Below the pieces are notes generated by a model. The model was not told the DNA's origin. It saw nothing but the letters and a program-made list of their open reading frames with translations, and made no database searches. This document shows, in pieces, positions 13,097 to 26,551 of a stretch of 64,000 nt of DNA. Made by a program: the position numbers and the translations under genes. Source of the stretch: Catajapyx aquilonaris (lineage: Eukaryota); NCBI GenBank assembly GCA_000934665.2, contig JYFJ02001092.1, forward strand, positions 1 through 64,000. Direction: 5' to 3'. Positions within the stretch are counted from its first letter, which is position 1. Every line of letters begins with the position of its first letter.

Positions 13097-15504
13097 TTTG
13101 ACTCTCGCAATAAAGCATTAATTATTTTTTATTTATACAAGTAGTATAGTGTCCGTTCAGATAATGGTTATTCATAATTACAGATAGGTTTTGATGCACT
13201 TGCATAACAGTAATGTAAAATCTTATGTAAGGCTAAAGAATTTTGCCAAATTTATGATTCCCCTTCAAACGTACAAAGCTCTAAAATGAAAATAGGGGTG
13301 TGCATTGATTTACAGAAGACACTTGTGAAGAATGAGAAAATTAGTTCTAAATATCAAATGCTCTGTTTAACTTCTCAAGTTGATTTCAATGTTCATAATG
13401 CATATTTAAGAAATGAGTTAAGTTATATAAATAATTGAAAGGTCGAGGGGAGGTGCTGGGGGACACAGTATAGTATACTGTATTGTAGGCCTACTGTATA
13501 TGCGCATATGACATGTCTGAGTTAATATCTTAAAACATGGGTGGGTTTTAATTGTCTGAAGTAATGCAGAATAGCTAGTTATGAAATTAGAACTTGAATT
13601 CACATCCCACTTGTTTCAAGGAGTGAATCCAGAAGTGTAATAATGAGAATATACATGGCGAAGTGCTACGTTTATGCAAAAATGAATGTGAAATTTTCAA
13701 ATGGCCTTGAGGAACCAAGTACATAATATCATTTACTTTCAGTCATAAAATTTTCGAAGAATTAATTAATGCATAATAGACATGGAGCGTAAAATTTCAG
13801 GATAATAAGGTAGCGGCCAGGTCAAGGGCAAATATCACTTTCAAAATAAAACTTTCACATTCCACCTCAACGTAGAGTCGGCAGTATCTTATTTTGTAGG
13901 CTACCGTATTTAAAAATTTACTATTCACAAAAGTGAAATGCCATAAAGTTCATCTTCTAATCACAGTGACAACGACTGATTGTCGTGATTATGGTTCCGT
14001 ATATCAGATATGACAACTAAAAGCCATTTTCATCGAGCACGCTTCTTCATATGCAATCTTAAGAGTTGTAATTCAAGCGTAAAAGACAAATTGAATCCGG
14101 AAGGGTTAGAGCCTGACTGAATCCAGTTTCAAAAGTGAAACTTGGAAAGAAATGATCACGGGAACAACATCCTGTATAAATCTGCTGAAAATTGGTTATC
14201 CTGGACGTCACAGAGTCTGGTTTCTTCACTCGAGTGTGAGGGAAAAAATAAAGCAAAAAATCCTCACCGTGCACAATCCCGTTCTGTACTCGTTTGTTTC
14301 TTATTCCCACAGCATTCCAAAGACGATGCTGGATTATAACACACTCCAACGTAACTTGACATATTTATTATAACTTTCACAATATTCAGAGTAGTTAGTT
14401 TAAAAATATATCGTATTGATCTATAGTTTAATTATTTTCGTTTTTATAAGTAATGAAATAAGAATTAATGCCTCAGTCATTGTGTTGTAGTCAAGAGAGT
14501 TGTGATTGTAGTGTATCAAATATACCATGTTGATTTTTTTGCCTTATATGTTGGGAATAATAAATTGCATGAAAATTACAACACCTGAAAGTGAAAAAAA
14601 CTTATTCAATAAACCGTCTCCCCAGCAGAGTGAACATTGGTGGAAATGTGACTGAACTTTTTACTGTTGCTTACATTTTACTGGGGTCAAACTGGATGCT
14701 TGACTCTAGAGCATCTGAAAAATGGTGTCATCGTCCCATTATTTTCATTGCGCAACGTGTTACACAATATGCCTGTATCCTGTCGTAAAATACAGCGTCA
14801 ATAATAATAATAATAATAAACAACGAAAGTGTATTACTGAATAATTATTAGGTAACTGCCTAGGCAATTCATTTACCATCGCCTTTACTGGATTTGATCA
14901 TCTACTAAAGAATTTTTTGCAACGTTTCACTTTTTTTGTACGTTCACTATTTTTTTTTTGTTGTACAAGAAGCAAAACACGTAATGGTGCTGATGATGGA
15001 GGCTGCGATGTACGCGTATTCTGCGTGGACATCGGTTGCGAAAGCAAGGCACTTTATTTGCCCCTCTCCACTTACTTTCCCCATAAAACGCAATAATATA
15101 ATTATGCATAAGTCCTCAGATCTTTTGTCTACTTGATGCACCACCTGCAGTAATTTGATTACGATACTCATGTAAAAACTGGGCTATAAGTACCGGTACA
15201 TAGCAACTATACTAGAGCCCTGATTTTTTAAAGAGATTGCCACGTGTTTTGCAATGTCTGTGGAAGTAACAAATTATACCAAGCAAGTATAGCTATTACA
15301 AGAAAGGAAAACGAGCTCATTATAATCACCAGGTCGGAAAACTTTCGAAATATGCGTTACTGCAACAGCGCTATACATATTAACGAAGAAACTCCTCCGC
15401 AACATACAGGACAGTTAATGTCCTCAGAGTAATGTGCAACAAGGGTCATTACCATTCGGCTATCGCATCCGACCCTCTCAACAGAACAATGAGCTGTACA
15501 TACC

Positions 15505-15650
15505 AGGCGATACTTGCATGACACAACTCTGAACGGATGGATCAAATGTCAATAGGAAATTATTAGAAATGCGATTGTGCAGGCACCAGATAACGACACT
15601 CTAATCGTTGCAAAAAAAAAATTGTAACGGCGCGCAATGTGTTACTACAT
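15505..15650 (+). repeat. Degenerate dispersed repeat, similar to 22068-22190
   Basis: Two shared collinear blocks seen by eye: GGCGATACTTGCATGA vs GGTGATACTTGCATAA, and GGCGCGCAATGTGTTACTAC vs GGTGCGCAGTTTGTGTGAACTAC. Family unknown. Confidence 0.35.
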
Positions 15651-18058
15651 CAATTAGGTGAGAGCACAAATTTTCCCATCGTAATTCCGGTGGTCTCGGA
15701 AGGAAGGTTACTACGGATTAAAGAAAATCGAAAATAAGTTCCGTTCGATAACAGACTGACCATGTCGCCGTTCCTTGATCCGTGGTCAGCAAGAAACACA
15801 CACAAAAAGTAACCTCTTGCATGATGAAGCATTAGAGAGTGAAATATAGAAAGATGGTTGAAAACATTTCCGGGGCTAAATTAAGACATGATGGACATCC
15901 GGAAGGAGGACAAGTGTCTCATCCTCCGCACTTTCCCTGGGATGCCGGAAGAGGTCGACATCAATTTTTGATCAGCTTCCTTCAACAATAAAAAAATTAT
16001 CTTCGTGCAATTTTGGTGCTAAACTTCAGATATGAGCCAATCTACAAACTTTGACGTGGCGGCCCATGGACAATAAAAAAAAGAGAAGGGGTCGGCTTGT
16101 GGCTGTGATTTCTCAACATATTTGACAACGGGCGTGTTAGGCCATACTAGGACACCCCCACCAACCCCCCAACGACCTAAACTCATAGCGCAAATTATGG
16201 AGACTTGTTTCGTGTTTCCACATTCTTAGCACCTCCCATTCTCTAGCTGCCATGCTTTTGCTCCCAAAAACATTCCTCCACTTCTTGGGATTTACCCACA
16301 GCTTATTTCGGACCCATCTATATTTAGAAATGACCCAGGTCAAAAACCCTCAGGTATTTGTAGCAGGTCTCGTTTCCAACTGTACCGGTATGTCCTCTAC
16401 CTGTACCAACCTGCCCTTCCTGAAAATCCTCCTACCTACAACCCCCCCNTTTAAGAACAAAAACCCCCCACCCTCTGGCCTCCTCCCACCCCAGTCCCCC
16501 CTCCTTCGGCCCACATATCCAAACCCCGAGAGTTGAGGGAGAAAGTGACAGAGGAGGTTTGCTCCTCTCAGACCTCAGTTGTAATCAGTGTGAGTGTGAG
16601 AGAGACTCTGGATACTTGTTCTTATTTAAACCCCCCTATTTTCGGTGTGCCCAAAAAGCTTCTGAACAACAATGGACAAGCAGGCTACATGGTAAGTACT
16701 GATGCCCCCAAAAATTTTTTAGATGGTTGGTCATCACTTTTGTTAGGGTCTCATCCTTGACATGACACCGGTGCGGACTCACTATACATGTACCGCATAT
16801 GTTACTTCCGAGTTATGGCATATTGTGGAGACATAAGTGAAATTGCTTCCGGATTACGTCACTTGCGCGTAGATATAGAGGTAGAGACCAAGTTTTTACC
16901 ATGTTGGAGACTTGAAGAGAAGGTGGCATGGAGAAGTGGAGGACAGGTGGTGAGGGGGAGTTTTGTACGGGAGAGAAATTACCGTACGCGCAACCAGGGT
17001 TTCATCTTGCCCACTTTCTCGGCTTCCAGTTTTTTTTTCCGGCACGTCACCTTTTTCTAAACCACGTTTTTGTCGTAGGTAAAGTGTCAGAAATGAGTGA
17101 TTTGTGAAGTTTCAAACAGTAGAGTGGGCAGGGCAGTGGCGTTCCGATCTTGACCGGTTTGACCCTGACCCCACTGCACAGAATTCCAAATTCCTGAAAA
17201 AATATGTTTAGTCTAAAATAGAATTGAAAGATATGTGCATTTTTCTGCATCGAATTCCTGCATAATGTGACATACTCGTATTTCAAGGCAGAAGTGATGG
17301 ATTAGAGCTACTGTGTATTTTGACATTAATTGACCTACTCTGCAGTATAATACAGAGCTCTTGAACAATTCGTGTAGCTTTTGCCTTTACACACCTCATA
17401 ATGTTTTGTAATTTTGTGGCCGTAATGAGTGGCTTCACTTGCAATGAGAAATTCCACAGCATTTTGCTTTGCATTGCACAAAAATTCACACCTAGATTCT
17501 ATTTTCCGCTGGCAGAACATGCAAAGGTGGCAGAATTATTTCCCTAATAAGTGAAGAAAGCTTGTCAGTTACACTCTGTGCTGGTACATGTTTATTCTGG
17601 AGACATTTGCGCAATGTAGTAGCCGCTCTCTTGATTTAATGATATAAAAGTATCTGCCTTTTTTAATAAGTTCGAGACCGACTTCAGCCATAAATATTCA
17701 TTGATGATTGTCATAACATGAGCTCATAAAATCAACACATTTTGTACAGCACAAAGAACATTTCTATTTAAGGATCTGAAATGCAGAACGATCACGGCCA
17801 AATTGAATATAAGGACATTGTTCGGTGCATTTAATGTGACCCAGACAAAAATATGATAATATCACATTTTTGTCCAGCTCTAAGATGCTGCATAGACATA
17901 TTCCATATTATGGAGTACCGCAGCATCTTGCCGATCGTGGCATTGTCCCCTGGACGTCCCTGGGAGTCCCCTGGGAATTTCCCAGTGGCAGCCTCAAAAA
18001 GGCCGCAGCGAAACGTGTGTGATGCAATGCCCTTGGGAAGCAGTTTTTTTCATTCTCT

Positions 18059-18062
<4 letters not shown>

Positions 18063-18090
<28 letters not shown>
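18063..18090. repeat. (TC)n microsatellite
   Basis: About 13 tandem TC units seen directly. Confidence 0.9.
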
Positions 18091-18093
<3 letters not shown>

Positions 18094-20327
18094 GATGTGC
18101 AACTCGTTTAGCAGTGTTGTCCTCATATTTACGTATGAGTTGAATGCTCTAGGGAGTTTTACTCCCCCGCCTACTCTTTTTGAGCAATTTGTTGCCATTA
18201 ATTTTACCACTCCACAGTTGAGTCGAGTGAATTAGTCATCTGATTTCAACATTCTGGACATCGCCATTTACTTTACTTTCTATGCAGTACGCAATCGTGA
18301 AGTAGGTTGTGCATTTCGAGAATATTAAGGTGCAAAATGAAGCCCGTCAGCTTTCAACATAAACAAAAGATTTTTCTTGGACCTTTCTTTGCAGTTAAAC
18401 GCAAGAGGCAATAATTGCCGGCTCATGCATTGCAATAGTTATCTATACAACGTTGATGGAATGAAAAGATCCTTGACCTGCCTGTCTCCTATATCACTTA
18501 TTGTTCCAATATTGCAAGATATAGTCTTATATAATGCCCTCTAGGCTACACATCAGTGAGAGTGCTTTTATACTTGTATACTGCATTTGGACCACTTTTA
18601 TGCAACTTTATTTTGTGCATTCTTTAGTAAATTCGTATTAATTTACGTCAAACTCACATGTTGTGTAGGCTTCGTGTATACTATTACTCGATGCTCTGGG
18701 GCTATTAAGTAACTGGACAGAGCTTACGTAACTGCTATAGAGTCTAACATTAACGCCAGTTTCATAAGAGGTTAATGTCCAGTATAGTTTTAAAAATTGT
18801 TTATGGCTGGTCGCCTGAAGACTCAGCTGCAGAAAGTTTTATTGCTATAAACAGGTTTTAGATATACGGTACGGACAGCGTGCAATACTTATTCTCCATT
18901 TTTGTCGAAAGGCATAACATGACGATGCTCACTATTAGTATAGCCGTGATTAAGGGCAAAGAAAAATACTATAGTATGCCTATACTCTATAATCATCTAG
19001 CATTCTAGCTAACTAAACTCAAGGTGAAAATGAACAACTCTGACGTCGATTATTATTTGCGTGTATGTTTCAGAATGTTATGAGGGTTTATTCAGTGGGC
19101 AGGTGTGGTGGGCAAGCGTGTAAAAACTATTTTCTCTGAAGTTAATGAAGTAATTTATGTTCTTCTATGCATTCCCCTTTATCAACGCCTACCTGTATTA
19201 TACACGTGGTGCTGACAGTTGTTTTTTTTTTCCTTTGCTAGATGAACGCGCTTGTGTTCTCAAGGACAATATTGTTGAGTTTATACGGATCGCTTTGCCA
19301 CGTGCAGCTCAGATGCTGCGTGACCGATATCTTTTTCTTACAGCATTTCACTGCCAATATAACTTACGTATAGTCTACATTAACTGCACCAGTTTCACTT
19401 TCATCGCCATTATTATGCTTTCGTAAAAATAATAATATAATAATAATAATAATTCACCTAAAAGCAGTTGCAGATTCTGTTCTAAATTTACTGCCACTAT
19501 GCTTATAACGATTAATACAGGTAAGTATAGACTAATACTCCTCACCTAAGTTATGCTAATAAGCTGCAAAATGATGCTTGTAGATGATCTTTCATGCATG
19601 GTAAGCCATTCAAAAACGATGTCATATTATTCCTGGCATAATAATTATCATATATTTTTCATTTCGTGTAGATTTAAATGTACGCTGGGGGCAAGTATTG
19701 TCGAATTATTAGCCGGCTCCACGTGAAACTATACCGATCCAGTTTCAGCAACATTTCCATTTTGTGCAAAAATGCATTCAGTAAGTTATATCTGAGTCAC
19801 AGTATAACTGCTTTCTAAATGTGTCACAGAATCTCAAGTCGTGACAAGTGTCATCCAGGCCAATCCTCCGAGTGACGCAGGCACTGGAATTTTTAAATTT
19901 ATGATCCTCGGACTTTACAATGTCATGTTATTCCCAAGGCTCTTTCTTCATTGTTTACCGGTACTTGACTAGTCATTGCACGAAAGCACATTTTCATTAT
20001 AATCTATGCAAATATTGCAATGCCTGACCTCAAATAACTTGGGGCTCTCCTATTTTTATAGGAATCCAACCATTTCACAATATGTGGATGAGAAATTAGG
20101 ATTAAATCCACACGACCTTGTCTTCCCACCAGTTTTTTTAAAAGCATTTCTTTGATGTCCAATTTGCAAGTTGATGTTAAAAGTGAGAAGCTTTGCAATT
20201 ACTCAAGTACCGTACCTAAACCACTAACAAAAGTGACATTGACCTCCGTTTCAATTAGCACTCAGTTGCATCATATCGTATAACTTATAAGGTGGATGCA
20301 CTTTGACTGAGCGATCACATTGTAGAA

Positions 20328-23300
20328 ATGTATTCACCGGAACGTATCTCCCCGTCTAGGGATCTCCGGAGTCGTCCGGACGCAGTCGCACTCCGAGACG
20401 CCTACAAAAATTATGGCACCACTTCCGTTCTTCGTCGACTCAGTATGACAGTCAAAGAGGGAACCATGTGAGTACACATTGTCGTTAGTTCTATCTATCC
20501 GGAACACTGACTTGACAAATTCCGCCTTTCTTAGATATGGGCTCCTGGGTGCGAGTGGATGCGGAAAGACAACACTTTTGTCCTGCTTGGTTGGCAGGAG
20601 GAAGTTGGACAAAGGGCAGGTGTGGGTGTTGGGTGGGCGGCCTGGATCCAGATCCTCCGGGGTTCCGGGACACAGGGTGGGATACATGCCACAGGTAAGA
20701 TAAGAAGGCCATTTATCAGCTCTGCAAATCTGCGTCCTTCCGAGAGAGTGCGGAGGTCTCACAAAGTCGCGATATTTCCACACCATAGTTTCAACTTGTC
20801 GAAATAGTCGTGGTCAACCTCTTTCTGATGTAGTTTTTTTGCGATTGTGGTACGGTATTGATTCAAGAGGGGGTTTCCAAGCTTTCTCTTTTTTTTTACT
20901 CCGATCTGATCTGAGATTATTATCATAATGGGTGCCGAATTGCAGAGCCTACCGGACAATAATGCGCGGAAATATTGCAAATTCTGTTATTTCACATGCG
21001 AATTCTTTGCGGGTACAGGACGTGGCGCTGTACGTGGAGTTCAGCATTACGGAAATGATGTGCTACTTCGGTCGCATCCATGGGATGAGTTCGTCGCAAA
21101 TCAGGGAAAAGACAGAGTCTTTGGTCCAGTTCCTGCAGCTTCCCGGATCTAACCGGATCATCAAATCACTCAGGTATGCAAAGTTTCCAACACTTGCTTC
21201 GGAAAAATGTAAATAGGCATGGTCAAAGTTAATCCCGATTTTCCAGTGGAGGTCAGCAGCGACGGGTGTCGCTGGCCGTTGCCCTCCTTCACGACCCAGA
21301 GCTCCTCATATTGGACGAGCCAACAGTGGGTGTGGACCCTCTTCTCAGGCAAAAGTAGGTACCTAGATGTGTACAAGCACGGCACTGGTTTTTGGGGGTA
21401 GATAACATCCACTTTCTCAGGATCTGGACGCACCTCCTGGACATGGCATCGACGGGGAGGCACACCGTCATCATCACCACACACTACATCGAAGAAGCCC
21501 GACAGGCTCATACCGTGCGTTTTTTGTACCCCCCATATATTTGAAGTAAACATAACTCTTATTTTAATTCTGGCAGATTGGTCTGATGCGATCCGGCCGC
21601 CTTCTCGCGGAAGACTCTCCCAGATCTCTTCTTCAGATGCACCAATGCGAATCATTAGAGGATGCATTCCTGTCCCTTTGTCTTCGGGACTGCCAGCTAG
21701 ATGAGTCCTTGGCCATTCCCAGTCCAGAACAGCCGCCCCCGCCAGACTTCCTACTGGTCAGACTCACCTGCTGCATTTAGCTTTCTAAGGCATTTGTGTG
21801 GAACTCCCAAGTTCTTGTACTAAACAATGCGGATTGCGGTTTTGTGGTGGCACGCATGTGTCACGCTCTTTCAACGTCGAAGAAAACACACTCATTAGCA
21901 CACACTATTTGCAGTGATATGCGTGTTATTATATTATATACAACAAAGGGTTTCATCCCAAGCAAAGATAACGAAAAGAATAATAGCAGACAACTTATCT
22001 TCGTCACGAATAATAATCATCATCATACAATAACAACAATAATAACTCAATATGCAGTTTCCATTCTTAGGTGATACTTGCATAATATGGGCTTGGTCCA
22101 GAAAAATTACCCACATATAGGTCAGTTGCCCAGCTAGCGTGGATATTACTAATGGCACATTTTGGTGCGCAGTTTGTGTGAACTACTTAGACCTAAAACG
22201 TAATTACGTAGCAGGGAGCTGACATTTTGAAAACACGCACAAGGAAATGAGCTTTTAATTACGGACTTCCTTCATGTAGTCAACGTCCAACAATTCAGAG
22301 CAGCCTTTGTTTATGTTACATAACATCTCTTGAGAAATGTCAGAGAACTGTAGAGTCTACAACAAAAGTCTATAATTTTGTAGTCCATATTTTATATCCA
22401 AGAACCGTCAACATTAGGCCTACTGCTGAGTTGTTGTTATTGCTGTATTGTTTTCCTCAAAATTTAAGTTTTCACTCGAACCACTAAGATTGAATTTGAG
22501 ATAATCGGCATAACCGCTAGAATTGAAAGTTGATCATTGACGAGTCATTTGGTGAAAAAACTTTCTGAAATTTCTCCTGGTTATGTATCCAACATAATAC
22601 AGCACTGGTAATGGCCATCAGTGTACTGTACATGTTTCTCTCCCCCATTACGTTTCAGGTCGTAGGAAAGCAAGCTCTGGGCAAAGGGTACAGCAAGGAC
22701 GACGACGGCATCATAGGCCTCACCTTCCACAAGTCCAGCGAGACCCTGATCAACGACGGTGGGGGAGGGAACCGTCTCCACCACAATGGCATCAGTGGTC
22801 ATGGCGGCCGCAATGGACACAATGGCCTCGTGCTTGTGGAGAGCGAGAAAGGAAGTGTGGAGGACATGAGGGACAATATAATCCCCCGTGTCCCATACGG
22901 GGCCACGAGGACTTGCGGCCTCTCTGCTCAAAGACTGTGCGCTCTGATGCTCAAGAACATGCTCCGAATGTGGCACAACATTGGTTTTGTGCTCTTCATC
23001 TTCCTGCTGCCAGTGTCGCAGGTGATCCTTTTCTGCGTGGCCATCGGTCGGAACCCCACGGGCATGCCCTTGGGAGTGGTCAACCACGAGTTCCTCCAGC
23101 AACCTATTTGCCATCCTTACGACGGCTGTGCTTTTGTCAATCTCAGTTGTCGCTTCCTACATGCTCTCGATGCTGATATGATTCACTTGGTGCGTACCGG
23201 TTTTGGCATACACTGCTGCCGTACTAATCATCCTTGTTCCTCAGCACGCGTACGCTGATGAAGAATTAGCAGCCGATGCCGTCCGACGGGGCGACACTTG

Positions 23301-24715
23301 GGGTTTCGTAGTATTTCCTGCTAATTATTCTGACAATCTTCTCCTCCGAACTTCGGAGGCACTTAGCGCCGACAATGACACTATCCAGGGTTCCATCCTA
23401 AGAGTTCGACTGGATATGTCCAGTAAGTCCTTGACCTAGCCATACCTAATGTACCAACAGCAGTTCGCTTTATCCTGTCCCTTCGAATTCCAGACCAACA
23501 GATAGCCTTCACCTTGCAAAGGACGTTGCTGTTAGCCTTTCGCAGTTACATTCGCAACTTGCTTCATGGATGCGACTTCGACCCAGAGTTGGGAGACATT
23601 CCTGTCAAGGTGAGGATCGCACTTTCTCTCCTAGAGTCACTCTCACCTTCAAGGTCTGGCCAGAGCAATGTGTGTCATTATCAATTATGGAAACCAGCGG
23701 GAGGTTGGACCGGTATCTAAAAGTGTTCACGAGGAGTGAGTGCTAAACTAATGTGTCAATGTTTCCATTTCAGTTCGACGAACCCATTTTTGGATCCAAT
23801 GCTCCACTGTTCATGGAATTTATGGCCCCTGGTATTATAGTCAGGTTAGTAGGACACAATTATTTGTATCAAAAAATCGAAGTGGGCGTATTGTTTTTTT
23901 GTTTTTTTTGTTGTAATTATTAATCCGAGACAAACACTGACCTGTGAACAACTGGATAATCGGAATCGGTCATACTTTCCTTTCCGGCAGCATAATTTTC
24001 TTCCTGTCCGTGGCTCTGACTGGAGCAGCTTTCATCATGGAGAGACGTGAGGGTATGCTGGACCGCACGTGGGTGTCAGGCGTGACCCCTACAGAAGTGG
24101 TCCTGGCCCACTTAGTTGCTCAATATGTGGTAATGGCTGGCCAGACTGCTCTGGTCCTGGTCTTTATGATCCTGATCTTCCACGTGCCCGCACTGGGGCC
24201 TGTTGGATGGGTGGTGGCCCTCACGCTGCTCCAAGGCACCTGCGGAATGGCCTTCGGTGAGTCTCTTCATCCCTACTAAACTAACAAACTTACTTTTTTT
24301 TGGACGTGTGTGGGTCATCATTTGCCATTCTATGACAGGCTTCCTCATTTCGGCCACGTGCAAGGAGGAACGGACTGCGATGCAAGTTGCACTGGGTACA
24401 TTTTACCCTTCATTGTTGCTCAGTGGTACGTATTTTTTCCTGTCTTATTTGGGTTAAGTGCACAGAATCTCGATGACTGACGTTTCTTTCACAGGTACGG
24501 TGTGGCCATTGGAAGGAATGCCGATGGGATTAAGGTACGTGAGTTACGCCCTTCCCAGCACCTTCTCCACCGATGCCATGAGAAGCTTGCTGGCACGTGG
24601 ATGGGGCATTGAGCACAGGGTGGTGTGGCCGGGATTCCTCGTCACCATTGCCTGGACACTCATTTTCTTGCTTCTCACTTGGGTCGTGATCAAGAAGAAG
24701 CAGCTGCATAAGTGA
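20328..24715 (+). CDS. ABC transporter subfamily H half-transporter (NBD-TMD), paralogue A, ~768 aa, 13 coding exons
   Basis: Exons 20328-20467, 20535-20694, 21019-21173, 21247-21354, 21421-21514, 21577-21756, 22659-23189, 23245-23422, 23494-23609, 23774-23844, 23991-24256, 24339-24425, 24495-24715 in phase (2307 nt). Walker [10 protein letters not shown], signature LSGGQQRR, Walker [15 protein letters not shown]-loop [11 protein letters not shown] motifs [13 protein letters not shown] and [10 protein letters not shown] are typical of arthropod ABCH. Confidence 0.93.
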
Positions 24716-26551
24716 ATGCTGTGTTTGTGTTGCGCGAGTGTCTTCTGGATCACGTTAACTATGTATACTCATTTGAAGTCCAGTAATTTCAGGCCCTAAG
24801 ACTATATGTTGTTGGTCCAGAATAGCTCAATTATACCGTACGTGTGCGTTAACTCATAGTTTAGGTGCCAACCTAAAGACTTCTTTTTGTACCCTAGGTA
24901 GGAATATGTCCATTTTGCGACTATTTATTTTGTTAAGTGAAGTCTTTTTTTAAAAAATTTGGTACTACCCCTCCGTAATCGTAGGGGTGAACTTGTATGC
25001 TCAATAAAAACCAAGCTTCCTTGGCACTTTTTATTACATACTGTTACATTTGTATTTAATTGACCCACTCTGTGTGTCTGGATATTGAGGGAGTAGCCCT
25101 AACAGCCAGTCAATCAGGCAATCCGTTGTACACTTGCATAATCATTCAAGTAAACATGAGCAATCTATGAAAATAATCCACTGTAGAATTATAACTTAAG
25201 CATAGTGATCCATGTAGACACTTCTTCAACAAGTGGGCATACACAACAATAGCCTACCCATAACACATATTAGGAGTCTTTGTAAACTGTCATTTTCAAC
25301 AGGGCAGTGTATAATCATGCAAGTGACACTGGCTTAGGGGTTCACCATTGAAAACAGAAACTCCATGAGGGTTGTTCTATAGTCAGGATTGGAACTTAGA
25401 TGGGAATGTAATACAACTTCTTTATCCTATTTCGATAAATGAGAAGCTTTAATTTGTTCATACAAAAACGTCGCCCATTTATTACAAACCACAAACATAT
25501 TAACATCAACATTTTTACTATTTCTGCCAGTACAGGACATAGTATTTTCGATGTTTTACAGTGCTATAATCTTGGCTATAATTAATTGAGGCGGAAGGGA
25601 AAATGGCACAAATTACGCCATAGCCACAGACGATTATTTATTTGGCATCTACCACATGTCGCTTTTAGCAGTGCCTTAGAAGATCCACTTATAGGCATGG
25701 TACTACCTTTTCTCCATAAGTGCAAAAAAATAATTACGTGGAAAGGTAAATTAATGCACCTTAGAGTTTATGCCTTTATGGTATGTGATACTGTATTACA
25801 CTTTTGAGTTATTCTGAACATTTCACTCAATCAACCTCTGAATCTATTGCTGGTAAATGCCAGTACAGTACATTTCAAAAAAAAAAAACTCTCAGGTTCT
25901 TGACAAATGCCATAGTAACATGTGCCCTTTCAGAAATTAGCAGGTTATATTCAACCTATTTGCGCCTAGTTTGATGGTGATGAACACAAACACTTTATGA
26001 ATAAAACGATGCATTTATCGGTACCATGTTCCCATCACCATAAATGAAAAATTGAAATCTTTAATGTCTTATCGGTAGCTTTTTTGAATTGGAGTATACA
26101 AATTGGTACTTTCCCTTACATATTCTTCCTACATCCATGATACTGCAGTAATGCGAGTCTATTGTTCAGGAATAACATTATATAATGAGTATTTTACTCA
26201 GTGGCTTAGTATTTTATAAAACCAACAATAATAAGAAAACACTCCCACATAATTTATTCTACCTTTCTCTATATAAAATTGTTAGACGTATCCTGGCGCG
26301 ATACAACCATCAGTACTCGCCCAATGTGAAGTTTATGAGGAAAGTCCTTCATAGTTGCATAGCGGTGGATACGTCTGCCCAAAACATTTTTGACATAATT
26401 GTAGCACACGGATATCCATTCACACGAACTAGGCATTTAAAAAGTCCACAAAAATCGAACTGCATACTCTTCAAGGATTCTTGTAGCGAGGAGGTTGATA
26501 TTTTATAGTCTCTCATGTAGCAATACATTCAGGTGATCTGGATGTGTATTT

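Noticed and set aside
22581..23114. 177-aa minus-strand ORF
   Set aside because: Antisense shadow of ABCH-A exon 7.
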